DNA of 64,000 nucleotides, taken from positions 292,422-356,421 of the forward strand of contig CAXBMO010000005.1 of NCBI GenBank assembly GCA_963977015.1. Reading direction: 5' to 3'. The notes under the pieces are model-generated. The model searched no databases and had not been told where the DNA came from. It saw only the letters and a program-made list of their open reading frames with translations. Source of the DNA: an uncultured bacterium. GTDB taxonomy: Bacteria > Verrucomicrobiota > Verrucomicrobiia > Verrucomicrobiales > DEV007. Positions 1 to 9,185 of this stretch are shown piece after piece (the first letter of the stretch is position 1; every line of letters begins with the position of its first letter). The position numbers were made by a program, and so were the translations under genes.

Positions 1-1204
1 TTTCCTCAAGAGGAATTCCCATTCCGTAGCCGATCGTAGCGAGGAAGTCTTCAGGTGTGACTTCGTCGCTCACAACCTTCTTACCTTGTTTGTCTGATTC
101 GCCGTAGCGCTGACCACCGACAATTCCCCCACCCGCCAGCATGGTCGAGTAGGTTGCCGGGAAGTGATCCCGCCCTGCGTTCATGTTGATATTCGGCGTA
201 CGACCAAACTCCGTTCCCACCGCAACCATGGTCGTTTCGAGCAAGCCTTTGGATTCGAGATCGCTCAGAAGCGTCGCAAGTGCCTGATCAAGGATTGGGA
301 AAACGCCACTGGAACGCGTTTCGAGATCTTCGTGCATGTCGAAGCCTCCGGTGTGGACTTCAATGACCCGAACACCACGCTCGACGAGGCGACGGGCAAG
401 CAGGCAGCCCAAGCCAACACGGGACTCGCCGTAGTCTGACCGATTAGGTTCTCCGCTAATGTCAAAGGCTTCCAGTTCCGTACTCTGCAGCAACGTCGTG
501 GCCTGGTCGTAATACTCGACGTAAGACTTTGGACCGCTGTATTTGAATTTCTCAACAAACTGCGTTCCCAGCTTCTTCGCAATTTCCATGCGGCGATTGA
601 AGCGTTCGTCATTCGTCAACAACATCGCATTTGGCACTCCTCCATTGGGGTCCGCAATCGGTAATGGGCTCAGTGAAGGATCGAGGTAACCGGAGTTCGA
701 AGTACTTTGGCCGACGATCACACTATCGGGCAGAATCTCCCCCCGCTTACCGAGCAATTCCTGCGCAAACGGCCCAATCCGCGGGTGGACAATCGTCGCC
801 CGCTTATTGTAGCCCGTCAGCATAATATATTTGCCGCCCTCATGCGCACCGTTGATGGAGTGCATGCTGTTGATGATGGCCATCTTGTCAGCATGCTTGG
901 CCAACTTGGTGAAATGCGGTCCAAGTTGAATCCCATCCACGTTGGTCGAAACCGGCTGTTCCTTGTCGAACATGACGTTTCCGCTCTTATTCGTACAATC
1001 AAATGTGTCGAGGTGACTCATTCCCCCCGAACAATAGATGTAGATGAGAGATTTGGCCTTGCCCGCCCCTCCCTGAGCAGCCGCATTGTTCAACATGGAG
1101 GCAAAAGGCGTCGTGAGCCCGACGCCCAGGCTGAGCCTTGCCGTCCGCTCCATGAAGTAACGGCGACTTTCGGAATCTTTTCCGGCTAGTTCTGCAATAT
1201 GCAT
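1..1204 (-). CDS. DUF1501 domain protein (3' end runs off the window)
   Basis: Not in the ORF track. Manual translation from ATG at 1204: MHIAELAGKDSESRRYFMERT... (Tat-like RRxF), then IYIYCSGGMSHLDTFD and, near the edge, TEFGRTP..N..RDHFP; follows a DUF1549/1553 gene. Confidence 0.85.
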   Translation of the reverse strand, partial: MHIAELAGKDSESRRYFMERTARLSLGVGLTTPFASMLNNAAAQGGAGKAKSLIYIYCSGGMSHLDTFDCTNKSGNVMFDKEQPVSTNVDGIQLGPHFTKLAKHADKMAIINSMHSINGAHEGGKYIMLTGYNKRATIVHPRIGPFAQELLGKRGEILPDSVIVGQSTSNSGYLDPSLSPLPIADPNGGVPNAMLLTNDERFNRRMEIAKKLGTQFVEKFKYSGPKSYVEYYDQATTLLQSTELEAFDISGEPNRSDYGESRVGLGCLLARRLVERGVRVIEVHTGGFDMHEDLETRSSGVFPILDQALATLLSDLESKGLLETTMVAVGTEFGRTPNINMNAGRDHFPATYSTMLAGGGIVGGQRYGESDKQGKKVVSDEVTPEDFLATIGYGMGIPLEE

Positions 1205-1239
1205 TTTTTTAGGTAGTGAAGGTTTTTGATTGAGTGGGC

Positions 1240-3333
1240 TTACTGAATAAAGAGGAACTCCGGGCTGTTCATGAGGGCCCATGCCAGATCGCGAATTCCA
1301 TCATCGCCGTATTCATCCAAAATATCGACGCCCATGGCCTGCTCCTCGTCGGAGGGAAACCGCGACAACATGGTGAAATACACGGCCCGGACCTTGTCCT
1401 CCGGAGCATCGAGATCCTCGAGATCTTCAACCACTTTGGAGCCGCTGCCAGTCAGGCGATTGGTAATGGAACCATTCATCAATGCCAAAACCTGAGGGAC
1501 GGAACCATCGTAGATGTGCTCGTCGGTCACCAGGCGATCCGACTGACCAAAGGTATCCAGGAGCGACGCTCCCGGGGCCGGTTGAATCATCTCGGAAGCT
1601 CGAATGAGTTCCAGATTGCCCATTCTCGGAACTTCCGGATCACGGGGTGTCAATTGTCCGGGCTCGTCCACGATACCGGAGCCCAGCTTGCGGAAGTTGC
1701 TCTTCCAGGACTCATAACGCGTGAAGATGTCTTCCATCGACTGCGTATTGAAATCGACGTCCAGAAGCGAGCGCAGGTAGGAACCATCCCGCCCGCGAAC
1801 GGTGTCCACCTCCGGACCGTGCGCCAACAACATGAGAGAGTCCCACGCTTGTTCGGCCCGCATCCGGCGCAAAACCGGTCCCTGGAACGTGTAGGAACGC
1901 GCCTGACTGGGTTCTTCAAACGTGGCAATCGACTGATAGGCCCGGGTGTTGTAAAGCGTCCGCATGAATTGACGCAGGTCGTAGTTCAATCCCTGCATCA
2001 CTCCGGCAACATATTTGGCGACATCCGCCTGAGCGCTCTCCTTCTCCCACTCAACCGGGAAATCGTTAACCGGCTCAACCAACGCGCGACCAAAGGCCCG
2101 GCTCCACATGCGGTTCGCGATCACCAGTGAAAATCGGGGATTTTCCGGGCTGGTCAGCCACTCGGCCAGTGCCTCGCGTCGCGAACGACCACTCATTTTC
2201 GCGGGCTTTCCGACCATCGTCTTCGGGCGAAAGATTTCCCCGCCGACATCTTCAACGTTCATGGGAACGGGCATTTCCGCATCCTCAATATCAGCCAGGT
2301 TCCAGCCGAGGAAGTTGAGATAGTAGCGAAACTGCCGAGCCTGCTGCGGGTTTTTCAGATCAATGCCCTGGCTCGAGGCGTACTGCTCGAAATTCCATTT
2401 CCATTTCTCCGGAGCATTCGGCATTTCACCGGCGCCACTTCCCATCATCATGCTTCCCGACGAGCGGAAGGTGGTGAACGTCCGTTGGGTTTGACCAAAA
2501 AACGCAGCCATTTCATAGAAGTCGTCCATCGTCCAATCATCGAACGGATGGTCGTGGCACTGCGCGCAGGAAATATCGATCCCCAGCATCACCTGCCCAA
2601 AGTTTGAAAACGCATCGAACTCCATTCCGGCATCCCGCAAAATGAACCCAGCTGCAGGATTGTGTCCCAGGTTGCCGTTGGCCGTGATCATCTGAGTGAC
2701 CATCTCATCGTAGTGAACGTTGTTGGCGAGGGACTCTTTCCAATACTGAATGTAAGGCTCGAACCGGACCCCATTCGGAAAATCGGCGTCTCCATGAAGG
2801 CGATACATGTCCGCGAAATAATTGAACATGTGGCTCGCATAACCGGGATGAGTGAGGAGTTCATCGATCAGCGCCTCGCGTTTGTCGCTACGGGGACTTT
2901 CCGCAAATTTCAGGAATTCTTCCCGGGTTGGAATCCTCCCGATGATATCCAAATAAACGCGGCGAACAAACAGGTCGTCGGGAATCGCTTCGTTGAAGCC
3001 TTTGAAGCCTTCTCTCGCCAACGTTTTCGCCAAAAGGCCATCAATCGTTTTGGAAGCCTTCTTCACCTGGATGTCATCCCCCAGAATCGCAAAACGCTCC
3101 GCCGCTTCCTGGTCAGCCTTGGTAAACATTTCCATCGGAACGGGAATCGTTTTTCCATTTGGAAGCTTCAGAAGAATCTTCCCATCCTCAAGCCCGGCAA
3201 ATGCCGCAGTGATTTGCTTCTTGTCACTAGCCCGTGTCCATGTTCGACCGAAGGCTGGACCAACAACAATAAAAGTGAGCGAAGCGAGACAGAAAAGTCG
3301 AGCTAACGCAGTGCTACGAACATTAAATTTCAT
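1240..3333 (-). CDS. DUF1549/DUF1553 (PSD1-type) protein with N-terminal SHD1-like domain
   Basis: Signal peptide; RTWT..IPVPMEMFTKADQ (SHD1-like); FVRRVYLDIIGRIPT; CAQCHDHPFD; WLTSPENPRF..NRMW; DLAWALMNSPEF. Confidence 0.88.
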   Translation of the reverse strand: MKFNVRSTALARLFCLASLTFIVVGPAFGRTWTRASDKKQITAAFAGLEDGKILLKLPNGKTIPVPMEMFTKADQEAAERFAILGDDIQVKKASKTIDGLLAKTLAREGFKGFNEAIPDDLFVRRVYLDIIGRIPTREEFLKFAESPRSDKREALIDELLTHPGYASHMFNYFADMYRLHGDADFPNGVRFEPYIQYWKESLANNVHYDEMVTQMITANGNLGHNPAAGFILRDAGMEFDAFSNFGQVMLGIDISCAQCHDHPFDDWTMDDFYEMAAFFGQTQRTFTTFRSSGSMMMGSGAGEMPNAPEKWKWNFEQYASSQGIDLKNPQQARQFRYYLNFLGWNLADIEDAEMPVPMNVEDVGGEIFRPKTMVGKPAKMSGRSRREALAEWLTSPENPRFSLVIANRMWSRAFGRALVEPVNDFPVEWEKESAQADVAKYVAGVMQGLNYDLRQFMRTLYNTRAYQSIATFEEPSQARSYTFQGPVLRRMRAEQAWDSLMLLAHGPEVDTVRGRDGSYLRSLLDVDFNTQSMEDIFTRYESWKSNFRKLGSGIVDEPGQLTPRDPEVPRMGNLELIRASEMIQPAPGASLLDTFGQSDRLVTDEHIYDGSVPQVLALMNGSITNRLTGSGSKVVEDLEDLDAPEDKVRAVYFTMLSRFPSDEEQAMGVDILDEYGDDGIRDLAWALMNSPEFLFIQ

Positions 3334-3494
3334 GCGAATTTGGGATAGTGGTTTTACCGAGGAGCAACGACCTTTCGGTCGACACTATTCTCATTTTTCA
3401 AAATTCTGATTGGTTTACAAAAGAACTGCAAGACCAAAAGGAGCGAAGAAACGATTAACTTCTTACATCAACAAAATACTTTTCAGCTTCCTGT

Positions 3495-4247
3495 ATGAGC
3501 CTGGATCCACCCCCGAGTTCTCTTCGCAGCAGCTTTCTGGCGGCCATCGATCCAGACCGCCATTTCTATCGGGTTCTCGACCACCTTCCCGGCGTGCTCT
3601 TTTTCGCGAAGGATGAGAAGGGACGACTCCTTGCCGCCAATCGCGCGTTGCTCCGGCGTTATGGCTTTATGCAGGAAGAAGAGATTCTCGGGAAAACCGA
3701 TTTCGACCTGCTTCCCCGAAGTTTGGCCGAGAAGTTCCGCGAAGACGATTTGGAGGTGATGAGCTCCAAGCAACCGATGCTGGAGATCGTGGAATTGTTC
3801 ATCAATCGCGAAGGGATTCCCGACTGGTTTCTCACCAACAAGCGCCCCATTTTCGATCGCGACAACAACGTCATCGGCGTGATGGGCACCATCCAGAACT
3901 ACGAATCGCACCAAGAGTGGCTGCCTCCGGAAGAGGACATCTCAAGAGCCCTCTCCCACATCCGCCGGCACTTCCACGAGGATCTTTCCATCAAGGGCTT
4001 GGCTGAAAGCTGCGAAATGTCGGTTCGCCAATTTGAGCGGAAGTTTAAGCAGTATCTCAAGACGACTCCGCAGCAGTTCATCATGAAAATGCGGGTCCAT
4101 GCCGCATGTGATCTTCTTCGCAAAACCACCCGTCAAATCGCGGAAATTTCCATCGATCTCGGATTCTATGATCAGAGTTCATTCACCCGTCACTTCCGCA
4201 AACACATGGGCATTACGCCACTCCAATATCGGAAGGAATACCGGTAA
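3495..4247 (+). CDS. AraC-family transcriptional regulator with N-terminal PAS domain
   Basis: PAS (FFAKDEKGR..GKTDFDL) plus AraC HTH (LGFYDQSSFTRHFRKHMGITPLQYR). Confidence 0.92.
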   Translation: MSLDPPPSSLRSSFLAAIDPDRHFYRVLDHLPGVLFFAKDEKGRLLAANRALLRRYGFMQEEEILGKTDFDLLPRSLAEKFREDDLEVMSSKQPMLEIVELFINREGIPDWFLTNKRPIFDRDNNVIGVMGTIQNYESHQEWLPPEEDISRALSHIRRHFHEDLSIKGLAESCEMSVRQFERKFKQYLKTTPQQFIMKMRVHAACDLLRKTTRQIAEISIDLGFYDQSSFTRHFRKHMGITPLQYRKEYR

Positions 4248-4292
4248 ACAGCTTGCAAAGCTCGGTTTGGCCCGGAAACTGCGGCTTTTCGC

Positions 4293-6011
4293 ATGAGTTC
4301 TCTCTCTTTCGCCGATCTCGGCCTCGATGCCGGATTGGTCACCACGTTGGATTCCCTCGGAATTCGCCAACCCACCCCGATTCAAGCACAAGCAATTCCT
4401 CTGATTTTGGAGGGAATTGACCTTGTGGGCTTGTCCCAAACCGGTTCCGGCAAGACCGCCGCATTCGGCCTTCCTCTCATTCAAAACCTCGACGCCAAGG
4501 AGCGCTATGCTCAAGGGCTGATTATCTGCCCGACCCGTGAACTGGCGGTGCAAGTGGGGACCGCGCTGACGGACTTTGCCCGCAGCAAACCGGGGTTGCG
4601 TGGAGCAACGCTCTACGGTGGCGCGGCAATGGACAAGCAGGTTCGCGATTTGAGAGGCGGCGCCCAGGTCATCGTCGGAACTCCGGGCCGGGTTCTGGAT
4701 CACTTGAAACGCGGCACCCTGAAACCCGATCAGATCAAGTATGTGGTGCTGGATGAAGCAGACCGCATGCTCGACATGGGATTTCGTGAGGAAATGGAGG
4801 CGATGCTGGAGCAGCTGCCCGAAGAACGCCAGACCCTCTTCTTCTCCGCCACGATGAACAAGCACGTCGAGCGCTTGATCAAAAAATACGGCAAGGAACC
4901 GCAAAAGGTGGAGTTCAAGAGCGAAGTCCGCACTGCCGACACCGTCACCCAAGGCTTTTACGATTTGCGTTGGCCTTCCAAACGCGAAGTGATCTGCCGC
5001 CTGCTCGAACTGGAGACCCCGCGGCTCACCATCGTCTTCTGCAACACCAAGAAGACGGTCGACGAATGCAGCGAAGCGCTTCAGGAACAGGGCTTCCCCG
5101 CGGATCGAATCCATGGCGACATGAATCAACCCATGCGCGAACGCGTCATGAACCGCTTTCGCGACGGCCAGATTTCGATCCTCATTGCCACCGACGTCGC
5201 CGCCCGTGGCCTCGATATCGACAACGTGGATCTGGTGATCAATTTCGATCTTCCCGGCGATCCCGAAGACTATGTCCACCGCATTGGCCGGACCGGACGG
5301 GCCGGTCGATCCGGTCGCGCCGTCAGCCTCGTCGCCCAGAGGGAGCACCAGAAACTGCGAACGATCGAGCGCTATGCCAAAATGCAGATCGAGCAGGTCC
5401 CTGTTCCCGGTCGCAAGGATTTGGAACGCGGTCGCGCCAAAATGATGCTCGAAACGCTTCGCTCGCAGCTGGGCGAAGAGGGCGAGACCGAGGCGCTGCC
5501 AGATTTTGATGCGCTCGGCGAGGAATTCGACTGGAAGAAAGTTGCCAGCACCCTGTTCGGGCTCTGGTGCGATGCCTCCATGCGCGACATCCAACCCATT
5601 CCCGAGGATGGCGGAAAATTCAAAGAACGGCGACGCGATGATACCCGCCGAGAGCGTGAACCACGCGATCGCCGGGAACGGGACCGAGATCGTGGTCCCC
5701 GCCGGGAACGGGATCGCGACCGCGGAGACCGCGACTCCAGGGTCCCCTCCCAAGCCTCACCACCACCACCGGGGAAACGCCGCGTCTTCATTGGCCTCGG
5801 CAAGGTCGAGAAAATCCGGCCCGGCGAACTGATCGGCATGCTCTATAACGAGAGCGGCATTCCCGACGGCGCCATCGGTCAACTCCATCTTTTCCCACGC
5901 CACTCCCTTGTTGATGTGGACGAAGAGTTCGCGGACAAACTCGTCCACGGCAGCAAGAACGCCCGCTTCAGAGGCCGTGCGATCCGAATTCGGTTCGACG
6001 ACCGGAGCTAG
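4293..6011 (+). CDS. deaD: DEAD-box RNA helicase, DeaD/CsdA-like, with C-terminal DbpA-type RNA-binding domain
   Basis: Q motif, QTGSGKT, PTRELA, DEAD, SAT, TDVAARGLD, HRIGRTGR; C-terminal IGLGKVEKIRPGEL. Confidence 0.9.
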   Translation: MSSLSFADLGLDAGLVTTLDSLGIRQPTPIQAQAIPLILEGIDLVGLSQTGSGKTAAFGLPLIQNLDAKERYAQGLIICPTRELAVQVGTALTDFARSKPGLRGATLYGGAAMDKQVRDLRGGAQVIVGTPGRVLDHLKRGTLKPDQIKYVVLDEADRMLDMGFREEMEAMLEQLPEERQTLFFSATMNKHVERLIKKYGKEPQKVEFKSEVRTADTVTQGFYDLRWPSKREVICRLLELETPRLTIVFCNTKKTVDECSEALQEQGFPADRIHGDMNQPMRERVMNRFRDGQISILIATDVAARGLDIDNVDLVINFDLPGDPEDYVHRIGRTGRAGRSGRAVSLVAQREHQKLRTIERYAKMQIEQVPVPGRKDLERGRAKMMLETLRSQLGEEGETEALPDFDALGEEFDWKKVASTLFGLWCDASMRDIQPIPEDGGKFKERRRDDTRREREPRDRRERDRDRGPRRERDRDRGDRDSRVPSQASPPPPGKRRVFIGLGKVEKIRPGELIGMLYNESGIPDGAIGQLHLFPRHSLVDVDEEFADKLVHGSKNARFRGRAIRIRFDDRS

Positions 6012-6197
6012 AGGCGATCTCGGCCAAACCTCAAAGCGGCTCACTCCAGGAAGCGCCTCCGAAGCAACCAAGCGAGGAGGCGCTGAAGCTTCCAGAATGC
6101 CCTTTATCATGGCCAGTAATGACGTTCGGGATCTAACAATGATCTTCACCGAACGCCGTAGCTGAGTTGTATAACAGAGGCACCACGCACTTTGTGA

Positions 6198-6226
6198 TTG
6201 CCATCTACAAGCGTTTTTTGTATCAC
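6198..6226 (+). promoter_or_regulatory. Putative sigma70 promoter of the TonB receptor operon
   Basis: TTGCCA-17 bp-TATCAC; small palindrome GTATC-ACC-GATAC overlaps the -10. Confidence 0.4.
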
Positions 6227-6319
6227 CGATACGAATCGCACTAGGATGCGAACGTTGACGCAAATGGCTCCGCTGAGGCATTCGCGGTAACTTGGGCGCA
6301 CCCCTTAAATCAGTCAGCT

Positions 6320-8563
6320 ATGCAGGCGCAATATCTCTTTTCCACCGGCTTCATCCAACATCGCTGCCTGGCTGGAATGCTCCTGAGTGCGATTTTGACG
6401 GTTCAATTCAGTTGGGGCGAGGACGCTCCGGTTGATCCTGCGTCCCCAACCAGCGAACTGGAGAAACTCAAACAACTCGATTTCGACGAACTGGTTCAGG
6501 TTCGTGTCGCGACCGTAACCACCGCCTCAAAGCGAGCAGAGAAAGCAACGACCGCTCCCGGAACGGTGATTGTCGTGACCCAGCGTGAAATCCAGCTTCG
6601 TGGTTACCGTAATCTGATTGATGTGCTGAAGGATTTACCCGGCTTTGAGGTTTCCGACCACTTTTTTACGGAGTTGGGCGCCCAGGTTTCGATTCGTGGT
6701 ATTCCCAGCAACAACAAAATCGTCGTCCTGGTCAATGACATGCGCGTCAACCCTCCCGGTGGTGAATACGTCCCCTTTCGAAGTGATTTCAGCATTCGTA
6801 CCGCCAAACAAATTGAGATCACCTACGGCCCCGGATCAACCCTCTATGGACAGGATGCGATTAGTGCGGTGATCAATGTGAAAACCGCAGATGCGCCAGA
6901 GCCGGGGGAATCCGATGTTCAAGGCGGCGCGGAAGGCGGATTCCATTCGGAACTCGATGCCTGGTTCTCCTTCGGAAAATCGTTCGACACAGCGAAGCCC
7001 ATTTCCGTGACCGGCTATTTTCAGTATCACGATTCCGATTTATCGCGTCTCGATCGGAAATATCCGCGTTGGTATCAGGATTTCCGGGATATCGCCGGGC
7101 CGAAGGGAGCCGGGTCGGTATTCGATCGGAATGACTACGGAATCAACGCCTTCGCGAAGCTCGAAGTCGGAAACTTTTCGCTGCAAACCTGGTTCCGGGA
7201 ATCGGAACGCAGTAGTTCGGAAGGCTTGGGATCGACCATTCTCTTTTACGTCCCAGAAGCAATCTGGCGGGACCACTCCTGGGTGACGGAAGCGCGACAT
7301 GACTGGGAGATCACTGACAAAATCACCCTGACTTCATCCGGAATTTTCAATTGGTATGAGGTCGATCCCGTAAGCCGATACGTGTTTCCACAGGATGAGG
7401 AGAATTTCTTTCTCGACGACTACAAATATGCAGACGGCACCAGTTTCTCGATCGAGGAATCCCTGCGGGTGGATTTTACGGAGGACTTCACCGCGCTGTT
7501 CGGCGGTATTTATACGAGTTATGACATCCTGCCAAAATCAACGATTCCCGGCGGAGCCCGGCCCGGCAGCCATGCCGACATCTTGAAGCAGGGAGGCAAT
7601 TTTGTATATTACACCGTTCCCGGTGACCCGTCTTCACGTCAGGAAATTTCGCGGGCGGTGGAATCGGAATATGAGCGGTATGGCGGGTACGCCGAATTTG
7701 GTTGGCAGGCATCCCCCAAGTTGAGATTTCAGGTCGGCGCCAGAGTGGATAAGGACAGCCGAATCAACGATCCATCTTTCACTCCGCGCGGAGCCGTCAT
7801 CTACCAGGTAACCGACGAATTGACGGCGAAGTACACCTACTCGGAAGCCTACATTTCTCCAGCGCCGTATTTTGCCTTCTCCACCTACGACCGGGGCGAC
7901 ATTCTCAACACTTCGAATCCTGACGTGCAGCCAGAGACCTCGAAATCGCATGAATTGAGTTTCAACTACAATAAGGAGAAACTGGATTTGGGCTTGAGCC
8001 TTTACTACGGAGAGCAAAGCAACCTGATCCTGATTTCTGATGTTGGCTCCACACCAAACGTGGTGAACCCGCTGGTATTTGTGGATTTGGAGGGAACCAT
8101 GCCGCGCGTGCTGACCCAAACGGTCAACAGTGGCAACAGCCACAATGCCGGGCTGGACTTTTACGGGAAAGCGCATCTGAATGACCACGTCAGCTCCTGG
8201 TTTTCCTATTCCTATACTGACTACGAGCAGGAAACCGCTGGATTTATCTCAGGGCTGCAGGGAATTTCCGCTCACAATTTTCGACTCGGGCTGACTTGGG
8301 AGATTTGCGACAATCTCTATCTGACGCCCAGTCTGGTGGCGCGATCCACTCCGCAAAATATTGACGCAGGGAGCCTGGGCAGCGAACTGAAGAACCCTTG
8401 GGAGATGAATCTCCACCTCCTTTACACCCCAACGGACAATTTCGAAGTTTACGCCGGGATCAGAAACGTAACCAACAACCACAACGCCCTAACGGGGTTC
8501 CTTCCCTTCGCGGTACCCCAGGAGACTTTTGGGGGCGTTGCCGGATTCCGATTTCGCTTCTAA
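6320..8563 (+). CDS. TonB-dependent receptor
   Basis: Signal peptide; plug (TTASKRAE..APGTVIVVT, IEITYGPGSTLYGQDA..VIN); beta-barrel; C-terminal FRFRF. Confidence 0.92.
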   Translation: MQAQYLFSTGFIQHRCLAGMLLSAILTVQFSWGEDAPVDPASPTSELEKLKQLDFDELVQVRVATVTTASKRAEKATTAPGTVIVVTQREIQLRGYRNLIDVLKDLPGFEVSDHFFTELGAQVSIRGIPSNNKIVVLVNDMRVNPPGGEYVPFRSDFSIRTAKQIEITYGPGSTLYGQDAISAVINVKTADAPEPGESDVQGGAEGGFHSELDAWFSFGKSFDTAKPISVTGYFQYHDSDLSRLDRKYPRWYQDFRDIAGPKGAGSVFDRNDYGINAFAKLEVGNFSLQTWFRESERSSSEGLGSTILFYVPEAIWRDHSWVTEARHDWEITDKITLTSSGIFNWYEVDPVSRYVFPQDEENFFLDDYKYADGTSFSIEESLRVDFTEDFTALFGGIYTSYDILPKSTIPGGARPGSHADILKQGGNFVYYTVPGDPSSRQEISRAVESEYERYGGYAEFGWQASPKLRFQVGARVDKDSRINDPSFTPRGAVIYQVTDELTAKYTYSEAYISPAPYFAFSTYDRGDILNTSNPDVQPETSKSHELSFNYNKEKLDLGLSLYYGEQSNLILISDVGSTPNVVNPLVFVDLEGTMPRVLTQTVNSGNSHNAGLDFYGKAHLNDHVSSWFSYSYTDYEQETAGFISGLQGISAHNFRLGLTWEICDNLYLTPSLVARSTPQNIDAGSLGSELKNPWEMNLHLLYTPTDNFEVYAGIRNVTNNHNALTGFLPFAVPQETFGGVAGFRFRF

Positions 8564-8583
8564 CCCCCCAAATTTGCGCATTC

Positions 8584-9168
8584 GTGGAACGAGAGGCCCC
8601 CATCGCTGGTAAGACCACCCCCCCCAAAAAACGTCGAAGACACCATGTCTTGAGCGTCGTTCTCGCGCTGTGTTTGGCCGGAGCCCCGGAAGCCGCGAGA
8701 GCCGCAACGGAGTATGAGCTGAAAGCGATCTATTTGCTCAATTTCGCAAAGAGTTTCGACTGGCCAGAGACAGCGTTTCCCAAAGCAACCACTCCGTTGG
8801 TCGTTGGAGTGCTGGGGAACGACCCATTTGGCAACACGCTTACCCGCGTCTGCCGGGGAGAGACCGCGGGAGGACATGCCCTACAAGTCCGTACAGCGAA
8901 GACCCCGGCAGAGTTGTACGACTGCCACATCGTGTTTGTCAGCAAGTCGGAAGCGAGCCGCACCAACTCCATTGTCTCCAATTTTTCAGGAAGGCCCATT
9001 CTTCTGATTGGAGACTTTTCTCCATTCGCGTCGAAAGGCGGTCATCTCAATTTCATCTTAAAAAGTGGCTCGGTTCGCTATGAGTTCAACGCCCACGCCG
9101 CCCAGCGAAACGGCCTGAGAATCCCATCGAGAATCCAACGCTCCGGAATACCGGTTTCCGGTCGATAG
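8584..9168 (+). CDS. YfiR/DUF4154-family periplasmic protein
   Basis: EYELKAIYLLNFAK..WP, GVLGNDPFG, CHIVFVS, VRYEFN; start uncertain (GTG 8584 chosen). Confidence 0.85.
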   Translation: MEREAPIAGKTTPPKKRRRHHVLSVVLALCLAGAPEAARAATEYELKAIYLLNFAKSFDWPETAFPKATTPLVVGVLGNDPFGNTLTRVCRGETAGGHALQVRTAKTPAELYDCHIVFVSKSEASRTNSIVSNFSGRPILLIGDFSPFASKGGHLNFILKSGSVRYEFNAHAAQRNGLRIPSRIQRSGIPVSGR

Positions 9169-9185
9169 AGCGACTTCAGCCCTCG

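Noticed and set aside
4179-5753. 524-aa ORF antisense to the helicase
   Set aside because: Shadow ORF of a conserved GC-rich gene; no motifs of its own
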